In this document: piece after piece, positions 25,774 to 40,690 of the stretch
How positions within the stretch are numbered: position 1 is the first letter of the stretch
Layout of the letters: each line of letters starts with the position of its first letter
Assembly: GCA_964016885.1 (NCBI GenBank)
Contig: CAXHJY010000830.1
Location: forward strand, 124,001-188,000
Direction of reading: 5' to 3'
Source of the DNA: Eledone cirrhosa
Lineage: Eukaryota
DNA: 64,000 nucleotides
Notes under the pieces: model-generated
Databases searched by the model: none
Told to the model about the DNA's origin: nothing
The model's input: only the letters and a program-made list of their open reading frames with translations
Position numbers and translations under genes: made by a program

Positions 25774-28700
25774 ATGGATGAGCTGAGAATACATTGGAGC
25801 AACTCTGAATTAATAGATGAAATGAATATGAATCCGCCAGCTACCAAGCACCCATGTGAAGCCCCAATCCAGAGAGAGGAAGCACACACACACCCTTGCA
25901 AAAATCGACACTTCCCTACGAGTGTCGACAAATGCCCAAATCTCCGAGTTGGTACCATCAATGTAAGCACAATGAAAGGAAGAGCAGGAGAAATTGTAGA
26001 AATGCTAGAGCGAAAGGAAATTGATGTGTGCTGTGTGCAAGAGACTAGATGGAGAGGAGAGAGTCTGCTAGAGTCCTTGTAGGAAAAAGTCAGTGCTACA
26101 AATTTTTCTGGGTGGGAAATGACGATGGGATGGGTGGTGTAGGTATACTACTAGCTGACAAGTGGGTAGATAAAGTAATCTCAGTGTACAGGGTAAATGC
26201 AAGAATCATTAAACTCAGACTAGTCCTGGATAAAACAATTACCACAATAATATCAGCTTACTCACCCCAATCGGGGTTGCCAGACGAACGTAAGGATAGA
26301 TTTTACGAGTCCCTAATGCACACTACTGCTCTAACAAACGACAATGACTTCCTAATCGTCGCAGAACGGACACGTAGGTAAACACTGTGACGGCTTCAAT
26401 AGAGTAGATGGAAGCCATGGGGTTGGCACAAGAAATGAAGAAGGATTCAGACTTCTAGAATTCTGCGACGCCAATGACATGTCGATATGTAACACAAACT
26501 TCAAAAAACCCAACAACCACCTGATCACCTATAGATCGGGGGAGCATTCTAGTCAGATAGATTTTATCCTCATCAGAGGACGTGACAGATGGACGGTCGT
26601 AAACACAAAAGCCTTCCCTAGTGAGGAATGTACCTCCCAACATAGCTTAGTTGTCAGCGACCTCACGGTCAGAACTAGAGGAACCTGGAAACAGAGGCCA
26701 ACCTGGAGAAGAAAGATCTGGAAGCTGAAAGACCCCTCAGCCAGTAACAGATTTAAAGATATTTTACTCAACGCCTACGACAGTAGAGAAGAACAGATAG
26801 AGACATTCAATGTAGAAGAGCACTGGGAGTTCCTAAAAAATAACTTACTAGAGGCGACGGATGAGGTCTGTGGCTGGAGTAAGACCACAAGCAGGAGGAG
26901 AGTGACTTGGTGGTGAAACAATAAGGTAGATGAGGCAGTTAAGGCCAAGAGACAGGCATGGAAAGAATGGAAGGACGGGGGAGGCAGGGTACATTACATA
27001 GAGACCAAGAGGGAAGCTAGGCGACAAGTATACTTAGCTAGGAGGGAAGCAGAGGATAGAAAATTCAAGCATGTTTTGCAACGAGAGGACCAGCAACAGG
27101 AGGTGTTCAAGATTGCGAGGCAGTGTGTCAGAGAGAATTGTGATGTCATTGGAGAGAAGTGTATCTGGAATGATAAAGGTGAGCTTGCCCTCACAAGTGC
27201 TGAGAAGAAAGATGCATGGAAGAGTCATTATGATAGATTACTAAATGAGGAGAATGCATGGGAAGAAGAGACCCTACCCCAAATAGGCCCTATAGAGGGG
27301 CCAGCAGTACAAGTCAGCAGCAGCGTAGTAAGTAAGGCAATCAAAGATATGAAGATGGGGGAGGCAACCGGTCCATTGGGTATAGCTACCGAGATGCTGA
27401 AGGCATCTGGGTCTGTAGGTCACACTATAACCACACAATACTAGAAGGTGTCATACCAAAAGATTGGTGCAGTAGCATCATTGTCAACTGCTACAAAAGT
27501 AAAGGTGATGCACTCGATAGAGGAAATTATAGAGGTATAAAGCTGATGGACCAGGTCATGAAAGTAACAGAAAGAGTTATAGCACAGTTGATTAGGGACC
27601 GGGTGAAACTAGATGAGATGCAATTTGGGTTTGTACAAGGAAGAGGCACCACTGATGCCCTCCTCCTTGTGAGGCAGTTACAGGAAAAGTACCTAGCTAA
27701 AAGTAAGCCACTCTACCTGGCATTCGTCGATCTCGAGAAAGCCTTTGACAGAGTTCCATGTTCTGTAATCTGGTGGGCTCTTCGAAAACTAGGAGTAGAT
27801 GAATGGCTTGTGAAAGCTGTACAAGCCATGTATAGGGGAGCAGTCAGCAAAGTTAGGATTAGCAATGAGTATAGCGAGGAATTTAGCGTACAGGTTGGTG
27901 TCCACCAGGGCTCTGTTCTTAGCCCTCTCCTGTTCATCATAGTCCTGCAGGCAATAACGGAGGAGTTTAAGACCGGATGCCCATGGGAACTCCTGTATGC
28001 TGATGACCTCGTACTTATAGCTGAATCTATGGTAGAACTAGAGAAGAAATTCCAAACCTGGAAGCAGGGACTAGAAAGAAAGGGTCTCAAAGTCAACATG
28101 ACAAAGACTAATGTCCTTGTAAGTAGACGAGAAAACAGAACCCAGATCCCCTCAGGGAAATGGCCTTGCTCAGTATGTAGGAAAGGTGTAGGTAGGAACT
28201 CCATTCTCTGCCCCAAATGCAAACAATGGGTACACAAGAGATGTAGCGGGATCTCAGGAAGCTTAATTAAGAATGTAGGCTTCAAATATAGCAGCTGTAC
28301 TGGGGCAGCAAACAGCCACAGGAAACAAGTACCACCAATCTCTGGGAGGGCTCTGGTAGAGACAGTAGACAGCTTCTGCTACCTAGGTGACCGAATTAGC
28401 AGCGGAGGTGGGTGTTTAGAAAGTACAATAACTAGGGTAAGAACGGGATGGAAGAAGTTCAGGGAACTACTGCCACTGCTAGCTGCAAAAGGCTTTTCCC
28501 TCAAAATGAAAGGCAGACTGTATGATGCATGTATCCGAACAGCAATGTTACATGGTAGTGTGACCTAGGCACTGAAGGTTGAAGACTTACGTAGATTAGA
28601 GAGAAACGAAGCCTGCATGCTCCAATGGATGTGTAATAATAATATACGCGACCGACAATGCATAAATGAATTGAGAGAGAGACTGAGCATAAGAGGAATC

Positions 28701-29253
28701 AAATGCTGTGTGCAGGAGAGGCGGTTGCGTTGGTATGGACATGTGATGCGTATGAAGGATGACAGCTGCATAAAAAGGTGCAGAGCACTAGAAGTCGATG
28801 GAAACTGCGGAGTGGGGAGACCCAAGATGATCTGGGATTAGGTGATAAAAGCCGACCTTACCCAATTACACCTCTCCAAGGCGATGACATACAACCGTGA
28901 CCTCTGGCGTCACGCAGTAATACAGAGTAGCCGACCTCCCATGGGTACAAGCTGAAGCATATAGACAATATGCCCCCACACCCTCCCACTGCAAGGTGGT
29001 CGTGGAGATGCCACGGCAAAAAAGCACCCAGCCCACACTGTAAAGTGGACGTGTAGGCACCACGAAAATGCACCCAGCACTCACTGTAAATGAGGTTGGT
29101 GTTAGGAAGGGCATCCAGCTGTAGAAATCAAGCCAAAATCAGTTTCTGTATGAACAAGGCATGGTCAGCCGACCAGACACTGCCCACAACAGGACATCCC
29201 GTCTAACCCATGCTAGCATGGAAGAACGGACGTAAAACGGTGATGATGATGAT
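25774..29253 (+). mobile_element. RTE-clade non-LTR retrotransposon, near full length, disabled; second subfamily
   Basis: ORFs 25774-26082, 26049-26381, 26479-26916, 27076-27444, 27546-28568 and 28617-28841 give APE (GTINVSTM, CCVQETRW, SAYSPQ, SQIDF) and RT (FVDLEKAFD, GVHQGSVLSPLLF, YADD). 3'UTR ends in (GAT)n then (TA)n. The 5' boundary is uncertain. Confidence 0.95.
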
Positions 29254-30067
29254 ATATATATATTAGGTTGATTGTGTTGGGAATAATGTGGTAATCAAAG
29301 ATTAAAGACAATACATGTCTGCATTTTTAAACTTACAGAATGTCATGTAAAAGTGAATTAACATGATGTTCATACATGGCATCAGTTTTTCTTCTTTTGT
29401 GTCATTTGAATGAGAAACCACACAAATTATAAAATGTATATGCATATGTATGTGTGCACATATATATATGAACTTTATTTTACATTATTTATAATTACTT
29501 TTATCCTGTTCCTAAGCTGTTTCATATGGATATATATTATTCATTTATTCCATATAAGTTGGCCTCCAGTAATAGCATTCAAATATTGTTTTTATTTAAA
29601 ATTATCCACCAAATATGTCACTCAGTACTTCTAACTGCATTCAAAATAGAAATGTATTATTCCAGACAATAGTATCAACCACAGAAACCTAATATAGTAT
29701 GGTTACAAAGCTGTCTTTCAATTTTCTTGCTCAGAATAAGAACCCTGCAACTATCAACTTAAATCCCTAAAATCTGATTATCTACAATTCTCTTTAAACA
29801 GATATTTCATGTGTGTGAGCACATTCAGAAGCATGTGTTTGAATATAGGGTAGATTAACCTACTTAATCAAAAGTTTATCAAAGTGATGTATGAATTTTC
29901 CAAGAAATTTCAAATATGATTATAATCAAATAAAGAGTATAACTGGTGTTAGTCATTTAGATTGCATGATATAGTGATCTTTTTACTAATGCACTGTATA
30001 ATAATAGCATTGATTTATTGCAATGATATTTGATTTCTATTTGAACAGGCTTTTAAATCCAGTGACA

Positions 30068-30205
30068 AATTAGCAAATTCATTAATGCATAGGACAAAAT
30101 GTCTTGCAGTGTTCCTTCCAGCTCTCTGTGCTCTGATTTCAAATCTAGCAGAGGTTAACTTTGCTTTTCATCCATCCAGAGTTGATCAAATAAATTACTT
30201 GTACT
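30068..30205 (+). mobile_element. SINE family A, degraded
   Basis: ctctgatttcaaatctagcagaggttaactttgcttttcatcc...gttgatcaaataa. Confidence 0.6.
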
Positions 30206-31624
30206 GGGTGGTGGTTTGGTGGAATTATTGAGGGAATTATGATGGAAGATTTTAAAATAAATATAAACAACTTAAAATCACAAAACTAGGAGCACTTTCA
30301 GGAAATTTGGCATTAACAAAAAACATAAAATAAAGCAAAGAGAGCAGAATTAATTTCTTTTAGCTTTTGGTTAACATGATCAGGGTATTTGAAAGAATGT
30401 CATCATGATGTAGAACTGTTTAAGAATTTCTTTCTTAGCAACTGTGCAAATGAAAGACCTCAAAATTCACGAACAACCTGTAGATTTAAAAATCAATCAT
30501 ACTCTTATGATGAAATTTAAAGAAATTGCACTTTGGATATAAAAAAAAGTAATAACAGCTGAATTTGTCAAAAAAGGCAATCATCGTTTTCCTTCAGTTC
30601 TCAAATTCTTGGTTCTGTGATCACAAATTCTTAGTCATAATTTATATAAAATATAAAAAGAAGGCAAAACCTAGCATCCAGGAATGTTAAGGATGGCAAG
30701 CATCCAACCTCCAATTGCTGAAATTTGGAAAAATAACATCCTGGATAATTTCTAACATTGTCAGTGATGCTGTATTTGTTTTTTGTTTTGTTTTGATTTT
30801 TTCCCACCTCTTGTGTTTTTAAGGGAGCTTTTTACTTGTTTTTTTTCTTTAAATTTACCATGACTCAACAGTCATAATGTAATAAAGTTTATTCTGTTAT
30901 AAATATTGGTTATTCACAGGCATAAAAGCCAAGCAACTTTCTTTTCCTCCTTTTACATTAACTACTTTGTTTATGGCTGCAATAGAAATGCTCTGCTATT
31001 GAATTTGTTGAGGAAAAGAAGGGAAGGGATGAAAATGAGGTGCTGCTGTACATTGGATACATAATTAGGTGTGCTTGCAACGCAGAAAAAAAAAAACGAA
31101 TAAGAAAAGAAAGAAGACAAAAAAGAAAAACATTGATAAGGTCTGCTATAAACTATCTTGGTTACCACTCTACAACCTTCACAAGTTTTACCATCCAATA
31201 TATATAACAATATTTAGAAGGCTGCAGCTACAATCTCATATGTGAGTATCTTTTAAAGCAAACAAAATAGCAAGGAAAACTACTACATTGCAGCTTTCTT
31301 GGAAAGATATTTTGAAATCTGAGAAAGATATTCTGATGGGTTTCAAAGTGTGAAATTCAGCCAGGATTTTATATCGAATTCCAGCCATATTTCTTTTCCT
31401 ACATCAATAAATTATATTGTTTTCTTTTATTTCCTTGAATAATGATGTTCAAATATAATATAGGTATTACCATTTTCAGATTAATACTTAGCACCAAATA
31501 TTCGTCTAAATCTAGACACAGCTTTGAGAAATGCCGCCAACTATATACTTTAGTTTGATAGAAGGTGCTAAGGTTCCAATTGATATTCAAGTATTAAAAG
31601 TTTAAATCTATATGTATGTATGTG

Positions 31625-31840
31625 TGTGGCTGTGTGACTTAGTGGTTAGAGTATTAGATTCACATTGTGAGCTTGTGCCCTTTTCCCTTTCTCAACATAG
31701 GTGTCATGGGGAGGGGAGTTAGGCATGCACACGAAACTGCTGGCCTTCTACAAAAACACCTTGCCTGGGCTTGTGTCTTGAAAGGGAATGTTCCAGGTGC
31801 CAAACCCGTGGTCATTCATGACTAATGGAGGTCTTTATCC
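31625..31840 (+). mobile_element. SINE family B, internally deleted
   Basis: ttagtggttagagtattagattcac...caaaaacaccttgcctgggcttgtg...ggtcattcatgac, homologous to 18905-19240. Confidence 0.7.
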
Positions 31841-31844
31841 TTAT

Positions 31845-32350
31845 TGTTCTTCTTCTTCTCCCACTTATTCCTGGCAAGGCCAGAGTCCTTGAGTACACCT
31901 TCCAGCAGGTTCTGAAAGAAGCAACCATATCCAATTGATCTGGAAGCAAGCTCAGCCAAACTCATGGATGTTATCCAATCATCTTGCATGAGGTTTACCC
32001 CTGGGCCTCTTGCCAGTTGGTTTTGCCTGTATAATCTATCCAGTGATTCTTTCCATAGACATTCTAACCTCATGTCTGTAGTATTGGAGCTCTGATCTCT
32101 CAATTCAGAGAAGTAATGGCTCTACCAGGAGCAACTCTCTGATCTCTGAGCTACACACTCAGGTAAAATTATGCTAAATACTCTTTGAAAGAACCCCATA
32201 TTGGCAGCTTGTATTTGTGAACATATTTTTTCAGTCATTACCCAAGATTCATGGCCATAGGTAAGGGTTGGCATGAATATCGAATTGAAAATAGTGAGTT
32301 TGGCTTTTACACCTACATCCCTTCTGATGACTGAATGCTGAAGCTGGTGG
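31845..32350 (-). mobile_element. Degraded RTE (Expander/Rex3-like) C-terminal fragment
   Basis: AKLTIFNSIFMPTLTYGHESWVMTEKICSQIQAANMGFFQRV in ORF 32122-32433; (AAG)n-like tail near 31850. Confidence 0.75.
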
Positions 32351-33699
32351 GTTAATGTTATATATATACATATATTTATGCACATACATAAAATGAATAT
32401 ATATATATTTATATATAAACACAACATAAACATAATTATTTAGCATCTGTTTTGTCTGCTAGCAAGGGCTGGACAGATCATCACAGATCAAGTCTGTGCC
32501 TAAATGTGCTGCTTCCCCCCAGAAAGGCGGGGGGGGGGGCTCCATTTCAAATTCCTGCACTCTACGAGGCTCTCACAAAGGCTAGAGACCTGCATCTCAG
32601 AAAACATTCCCATGCTCTACTGAGTGCATTTCATCATGACACCAGCACTAAAGAGAATGCCATATCTTTGCCAAAGCTGAAGAATCCTCCCAAATCTTTG
32701 TTTGGTAAGGTTTCCTAAATCTGGATGTTTGTTCTATCCCCAGCCGATTTACAGAGTGTAGTGTGTGTATTTAAAGTGTAAATTGCCAACACTATGGAGG
32801 CTGTCATATCTCTGACAGCTGAAGAGTCCTTCTGACTTTTTGTTTGGCAGGATTTCTATGGTTGGATGCCCTTCCTATCACCAGCCACTTACCAGGGTAC
32901 ACTGGATGTATTTATTGTGTATATCACCAATCCTTTTAGCATGGTTTCTACAAAAATATGCTCTTCCTATTGCCAACTGCATTATAGGGTGTACTGGGTG
33001 CATTTCTTGTGCCAGTAGTATTAGAGATGTTTTGCTCATTGACTCAACTGAAAAGCATTCTCTTCTCTCTGGGGGCAGGAGAAGGCTGAGAAGAGTGATG
33101 AGTATGCCATGGGTGTATGACATGGGATTTAGCAAGGTGATGAGGAAGGGGGAAGGTGACCTTGTGGAGCACAGGAGTTGCTGGGAGGAGTGGGATGTCA
33201 AGTGGGGGTTTATGACAGGGGAGTTATAGAGAGTGTGGGTTCAGATTGATGTGTTGGGATTTTAAAGGGTGGGGGAGACCCTAGGTAGAGTGACAAACCT
33301 GAACTGAACGTAGGGGAAGGGGTATGATTTAAGGTGGAGGTGTCCCTGGATAAAGTAGGTGTGGAGGTGTACAATGCTGGTTACAATAGCTTCTAAGGGG
33401 TGAAAGTAGAGGGGTGGGAGTTGAAAGGTATGGGGAATAGCAGGGGAAAGGCCCATGAATGCTTCAGATAACATTTTATGTTCTTAGGCAAGTCTCCATC
33501 AGTACAGCATGTCAATGACAATCATTGCCATCTGTGGTGTGACGTTCAGTTTTTAAAGTTCATCTTCGCATCATCATCCAGGCCTTCCTGGGTGTCTCTT
33601 CCAGAAGTTCCAGCCACACAGCACTTCTTTATACATCTTGCATATGCATCAGATGTTTATACAAATGCAGTTTTCTCTCTTACAAACTACATCCAATTC

Positions 33700-33751
<52 letters not shown>

Positions 33752-33754
<3 letters not shown>

Positions 33755-33993
33755 TGTAGGTGTCATGACAAAAAGTACCCAGCACACACTGTAAAGTGGA
33801 CGTGCAAAAGACACGGCAAAAAGCACCCAGAACACACGTCAATGTGGTTGGCGTGAGGAAGGGCATCCATCCATAGGAAACCGGCCAGAAACTATATGAG
33901 CGAGACATGGTCACCAAACCTAACTTGCCTCTAATTGGGACAAACCCATGCTAGCATGGAAGATAGATGTTAATCGATGATTATGATGATGAT
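33752..33993 (+). mobile_element. RTE 3'UTR-like short copy with GAT tail
   Basis: cccagcacacactgtaaagtggacgtg...gaggaagggcatcc...aacccatgctagcatggaagatagatgttaa...gatgatgat; starts at (TA)n. Confidence 0.75.
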
Positions 33994-34019
33994 AAGAGGA
34001 ATTGGATGTAATTTGTAAG

Positions 34020-34620
34020 GAAGACCTGGAAAATATTCCCAACGTATGCTTGAAATCACGCAAACCATTCTTGGAATCAATGAAGACCCTTCAAGACAAT
34101 AATTGTTTCTACTTTAGGCACAAGGCCAGCAATTATCCAGTACATTACTGGTACTTTATTTTATCGACCCCGTAAAGATGAAAGGCAAAGTTAACCTCGG
34201 CGGGATTAACTTTGCCTTTCATCCTTACGGGGTCGATAAAATAAAGTACCAGTAATGTTTCAAGACAATAATGATCTGAAGGAAGAGTGGCAAAGATCAT
34301 GGAATGAGTCAAAATTTGCCTACTAAGACCTCGTCCAAGACCCTACATCTAAACCAGCTAGCTTTGACTTTCCTAGAGAGCAGCAGTTATCCCTTATTCA
34401 GATCCCCCACAACACATTCCAGCATAGCCCATGATCTCCATCAATGGAAAATGAAAGACAGTCCAGCATGTGACTATGGGGATCCTGAACAGACCGTGCT
34501 ACACATTATTCGTGATTGCCCCTCAGATGTTTTCCAAGCAGCCTGGAGGAAATCCATAGTACTACAAATGATGCCTTAGTCTGGCTCTCCATCGTGTCAT
34601 TCTACAAGAAGTAAAATTCC
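34020..34620 (+). mobile_element. Degraded non-LTR retrotransposon C-terminus with a zinc-knuckle remnant (I/Ingi-group-like)
   Basis: LHQWKMKDSPACDYGDPEQTVLHIIRDCP fits C-x-C-G...QT..H....CP with one Cys lost; interrupted by the SINE at 34104-34258. Confidence 0.65.
34104..34258 (-). mobile_element. SINE family A insertion with fold-back inverted duplication and 14-bp TSD
   Basis: TSD ttcaagacaataat at 34090-34103 and 34259-34272; inverted arms at 34142-34194 and 34206-34258. Confidence 0.85.
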
Positions 34621-34632
34621 CCTTATGTCAAC

Positions 34633-34678
<46 letters not shown>

Positions 34679-35019
34679 GACACATCTTATATTTGGGTCA
34701 AGAACATGACAATATCCCTCGTGTTGGTGTTCTACATGACAAATTGACTCAGTACATGCTGTGAAGTGGTTAATGATAGGAAGGGCATCCAGCTGTAGAA
34801 AGCCTGAGGCTCCTTTTGATGTATCAAAAACATGACAACCTCCCTGGTGCTAGAGTCATAATAAAAAGCACTTTGTAAAATGTGGAACCATATGTGAGTT
34901 AGACACAGATTCCCGGCCTGTCTGGAAGGTTAGCAAATTCACTTCAGTAATGACTCGGTCTGTGAAAATCCATCCAACACTTGCTAGCAGGGAAAGCAAC
35001 ACTTAAATTATGATATCAT

Positions 35020-35175
35020 ATGCCGGGCTTCAGCATAGTCTCCAACTACCAAATTTTATAAAGCATTGGTAAACTGAGGTTATAGCAGAAGATACTTGCT
35101 CACATTACTATGCAGTGAGACTGAACCTGGATCCATATGGTAATGAAGCCAACTTCTTAACCCCACAGTCACACA
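35020..35175 (-). mobile_element. SINE family C fragment
   Basis: gggcttcagcatagtctccaactaccaaat...gaagatacttgc...cagtgagactgaacctg...cttcttaaccccacagtc. Confidence 0.6.
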
Positions 35176-38100
35176 TCTGAGTGTGCGGCTGTGTGTGTAT
35201 ATATCAATAAAAAAAATATTCCAAGAGTAAGGCAAATATAATACTTTTAAAACAATAACAAGTTACCAAATCAATTTGGCAATAAGTAAATAAAATAAAT
35301 ATATAAATAAATAACTAAATATACAAATAAAAGTTATATCAAGAACTAAATTACATTTTAGATATCGCTAAGGGTAAAATTACATTTGGAAATGCCTTGG
35401 TTAGCTTAATCAATTCTTATTGGATAACATTTTTGAGTAAGTAAAAGAAATCTGAATATACTAGTTTGGACTGCTTCCAAGGGAAATATCAAATGTAGAC
35501 TACCATTAGAGGCAAATTTCAATAACTGCAGAAAGACATTATCCTAAGTAGCAGCAGTAAAGCAGCATTTAAACTGATGCAGACAAGAAATAAAAATTAA
35601 ATATGTCAAATTCAGGCAGTTTAGATTAATTCTCTATATTTCCCAATATCTTATTTTTCTAAATAATCAACCACCTCTGAATTAAATATACATCAACTGA
35701 AAAATATGGACTAAGATATTATATCATATTACAGAAGCCATATTTGATTATCTTTGATATATATATATATTTTTTATTCTGTAGTATTGAGCATTGTGTG
35801 TATCTGGCTTTTAGAATAGGTATTCCATATCCCTGCAGGTCATAAGTGAAGATTAAAATGTTGGTATTAGGAAAAGCATCCAGCTGTAAAATATTACTAA
35901 AAAAAGGGCCTCCATCCAACCCATGCCAGCATGGAAAATTGGATGCGATGATGACACACTGTTAATTAGCTCAAAAAACTTCTTAATTAAGAGCAATTTT
36001 TGGTAAAGAGTACATAGAAGTCTATGGTCAGAGGGTATTATTGCAAAATGTAAACAAATGTAATTGGCATTAAATAGCTGCAGCACAGCAATACAGTTGT
36101 AAATGGAAAAAAACAAAACAAAACGCGTGTCTGTGTGTATATAATGTTTTTTCATACATGAAGATGAATTTTACAATCCACACTACTGTCAGAGAATTTT
36201 TTTGTTTTTTGTTTAAATTGTAGGGGTTAAGAAAACGTTGTATAATCTTCATATCAAATAAGCAAGTAATCTAAATTTCATTTTCATAAGGATTCAATAA
36301 AAAGAAGAAAATATTCTGATTGCGGCTTCGGAATTAATCAGTAAATTTTCTTTCTCAGTTCATCTTACCAGTGCAATTCATACTTGAATCAAATCAGACG
36401 ACAGATAACTTGCCATTTGATAAGGTAGAGAAACTTTCCATTAAATTTCAGTATTGATCTCCTATAAAATCACAAACTATAGAAGCACATATGGTTCTGT
36501 ACTAAATTTAGGCATTAAACCTAGCTAGCCATCCACTAACAATGACAGGCTTCCCAAAGTTAAAGTTGCATACAATGACTTATTTACATTACATTAGTTA
36601 TTCAATAGCAAGTAATGCTTAAAACCTTCAATTTCCAAATGAAAATGCCAAATTTTCAGAAACAGAATCCACGGTAATAGAACATATAATTGACAATTAT
36701 GATAGAAGAAGCTGAAGATTGTATAATTACAATGCACAAATCTAAATAATAAATGCATCCTCTTCTACAGCTATAAATTTAAATATCATTTACAACTTAA
36801 TAAGTTGTGTCCCAGTATACTGAGCCTTCATTAGGATGTCATTCAGAGGTTATATTTCAGAAAACCCTTTCTAAATGTAAATAAGTGCTTAAAACGTATA
36901 ATATCAATATAATGGCCTTAAGAACAATGCATTGCTTCATAGCAAAGTGTGCTACAGAGAAAGTATATTATTGACTTATCAAGTTAAAATCAAACTGTCT
37001 AAGGTAAGTCATCAAACAAATCAATGTATATTCTCAAGCAGAAGAATCAAGCAAGCAGAACAGGAAATCTGTAAGAGCATCAGACTCAATTGAAATAAAT
37101 ACAAGTATAAATTATAGTGCCCTGATAGCCTTCATCACTAAGTTATAGTGTGTCACATACATGCACATATCATTCTCTCATTGTTTCCCCACCCTCACCA
37201 TTTTTCTGTTGTGCCATCCTCCAGACACAATAATTTATCCATTTAACTACTATAGTGCTTCTCTTAATTACTGGTTCAATTAAAAAAAATATATAGATCT
37301 CACTTTTTAAGTTCTCATAGTTATATCAGCTTTTCAGCTACTAAAACAGAAATTGAAAAGTAACATTGTTTTTGAGAAAATGTTATCATGAGTTAAATAT
37401 CTAAACTGCCAGAATTGTTAGATTCATTTAAACATGATATAGAATATTATTTAAAAAAAAAAAATTGATTTAAACATAAAATTTTACTTAAGATTACAAA
37501 AGGAAAAGTTATTTTTACTAAATATTAAATAAATAAATAAATAAATAAGTGCTAACTTTTTGAGAAAATTATTCTGAAATATTTGAATCTTTAAAAAACA
37601 TAAATGGTGAAAAATATTTCCAAAACTATCTCAAAAATACAAATAAAATAAATATTACAAAAGAAAAATGATAACAGCACTTTAAAAATTTCCCCTAGTG
37701 ATTCCATCACTTAAAAAGATACAAACAGAAAAATTACAAGAGAAAGTGAAATGCTTAAATAAAGTTGAATGAGAAATAAGTTTTTGATTGGTCACCAAAG
37801 ATAGTCAATTAGTGACAAGACATTACAGACTATTATAGGCTATTATCTTACTAAGACAGCAGTCTGAAATGATTGCTGGCACAGGATAATTGTCTATTCT
37901 AAGAAGAGAATATATTTTCCTAAAAAGCAAAACTATGATGCCTAATCTTTTATTTTCTCTCTCTTGCTCTCTTTTTCCCCCCATTATATTACATATTAAT
38001 TGACAAAATTGAACTTATTTTACTGATAGCAAAACATGGTACTCATACAGACAGATGCATCTGTACATGAAAATATAACGATTGTTGCAGGCAAAATTAA

Positions 38101-40299
38101 TATAAGTTATCTAGATAAATGGTGCAGATATTTATAAGAATAGCTAGACAGATTCACATTTTGCAAGAATGATTCAGGAAAAATATTTGTATTGATATAC
38201 ACATCTTACAATAAAAAAAAACAAAAAAAACTACTTATAAAGAATATATAGAGGAAACTGACATCCAGAGCAATCTAACTCTTCAGCAAGTATTAACAAA
38301 TAGTATGATATTAAATGCCTCTTGAGATCATCATGTTCATTATTTTACCACTGTTTTTCCTTGTTGGCATGAGTGGATGGGTCATCAACATTTTTATCAG
38401 CTTGCAAACACAGTAAGAGAAAACCAAACAACTTTGGTGCTGCATTTTATCATACAATGAAGACTGAGTATAAGTTTTTCATCTCATGAGTGCTAAAGAG
38501 GTGTCAATTCTCATTTTGCCTAACCCATGATGCAACCTGCAGAGTCCATGTCTCATTCCTAAGTTCTATTTTTGACATGTCTTCTATGGTCGGATGCCTT
38601 TCTTTTTATCTACCACTTTACATAGTGTGCTGGATGTATTTTATCATATCTCCAATCCTATAGTTTCTGTCCTGTATGATGAGGGTTAAAGGTACCCTGT
38701 ACACCATACAAATACTTATTTGGAGTAACTGATCTTGCTAGTATGCAGTGTGTGATGTAACAAGCCAAGTCCCCATTTCACTTGTACATACCCTTTTGGC
38801 ATATTTTCTACAGCTTGATAATTATGCGCACACAGCATACTGAAGACAACATAAGCAATACATTCCAAGCATTTCACTTTTAATACCAGCACATCTTTAT
38901 GTATTACCATATAACTTCATCTAACTTTCTAACATCTGATCAAATCAAAGAATTTAGTTTAGAATCTTTCTTAGCCTACCTTTGCTCCAGGTATTCTACA
39001 TCAGTACATCGCCAGATAGTAATAAATTTGACAGCAGTTGTAATCTCAGTTTATGTTATCGTGCTATAATCAAGTATTTTTCAGCACTTTTCAATGACTG
39101 TGACCCCAAGTCATATATGCTAATCTGTAGCTCTCTCAACAGAATTTTCTTTCAGATCTTTTAGTAGTTTAATTCTATTCTAGCAATGTCCTAGGCTTTA
39201 TGAGTTTGTGCAGTCCTGTTGAAAAACTTTCTAGTATAAATTGTTTGCTTCTTTCTATTTTTAAGGATAGCTGCATATAGCTGTCATCCCAATTCCTTTC
39301 CAGTTCTGATTTGACTGTTTTCTGAAATTTTATATGGCATTGCCTCTCTACTAGTCATTATCAAACCTTTCTACACATTACTCTTCCCATTTATACACAA
39401 TGTGAGTATAAACAGATATACAGTGATATAGGTTTACAACTTAGATAAAGTAACTATATTCCGTTTATGTTCTTTTCAAATTTTCTGACTTCATTGTCCA
39501 CATTTTACAAAAATTATGAAATATCTAACCTATGCTAGCATGGAAGATAGATGTTAAATGATGATGATGATGAACAAAAACAAGTTACCCATGAAACTGT
39601 TACAAAATGTCTTTCCCTAGTTTGTTACCACAGACATATCTAGAGAATTCTGATTTTAGAATAGTTACAATGTTGTAAAAGGTTACAATTTTGTAAAAGG
39701 TGACTAAAAATGTTAACAAGTAGGACATCCCAGTTATAAAACACTAGCTAAGAGAATGTATCCAATCGACCAGCATGGAAAAGTGGACATGAAACTATGA
39801 TGATGATGCTGATACTATGAATATAACATGCCTAGAAAATCTATAGTGTTTTACATAGAATTTAGTTCCATATTCATAATGGCTTTTCTCCTGGCAATTT
39901 GGGGATTCATATAGTATTCTAAAAATTAACTAGCCTGTTAATATTAGACATGTTAATTCGGACATTTGCCTCAAGCTCTTATATTCAGATAATTCAGTTT
40001 ATCTCCATCTCACAAAACTAACTCATTAATTAAAACTAGGACAACTGCAATGAGAATGCATATGAATATTTAAATATAAATGCTATCAGAGAGAGAGAAA
40101 GAGAGAGTGGTGACTGAATTCAGCACATAAGTTGGATATTAATTACACTCATTACTAAATATATTAATTATCTTGTAGTCCTTGCTCTAGTGATACAACT
40201 ACATCAAGTATATTTATGTCTAATACCAACATGGTTGACAAATTGGAATGTCATATTTCATATTCTCCAAAAGTTATATGTGAAACAAACATATGCATA

Positions 40300-40690
40300 G
40301 AAGCAGGTTTAACTGTGTGGTTAAGAAGCTTATTTTGCAAATGTGTTTCATACTGTATGACACCTTCGGAATGTGTCTTCAACTACAGTCTCAAATTGAT
40401 CTATGATTTGTGAATGGTATTTGTTAGATGGAAAATGTGTAGAAGATTATCACATCATATGTGTTAGTGTCTGTGTGTACATATCTGTGTTTATCTTAAT
40501 TACTTGAAACCAATGTCGAATTGTATCACATTATGTCAAAGGTTACATTGCCATCCGATAAGTGGAGATCGTTAAAACAAATCCCAGGCTGAAATAAGCA
40601 CTTGGGTCAATATGATTGACTAAAAACATTGAAGGTGGTATGCCACATAGCATGGTCACAGTCTAATGACTGAAACCAGTAAAAGAGTAG
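40300..40690 (+). mobile_element. SINE family C, degraded
   Basis: actgtgtggttaagaagctt head...gtgtcttcaactacag...ttgtgaatggtatttgttagatggaaa...gtctaatgactgaaaccagtaaaag tail. Confidence 0.65.
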
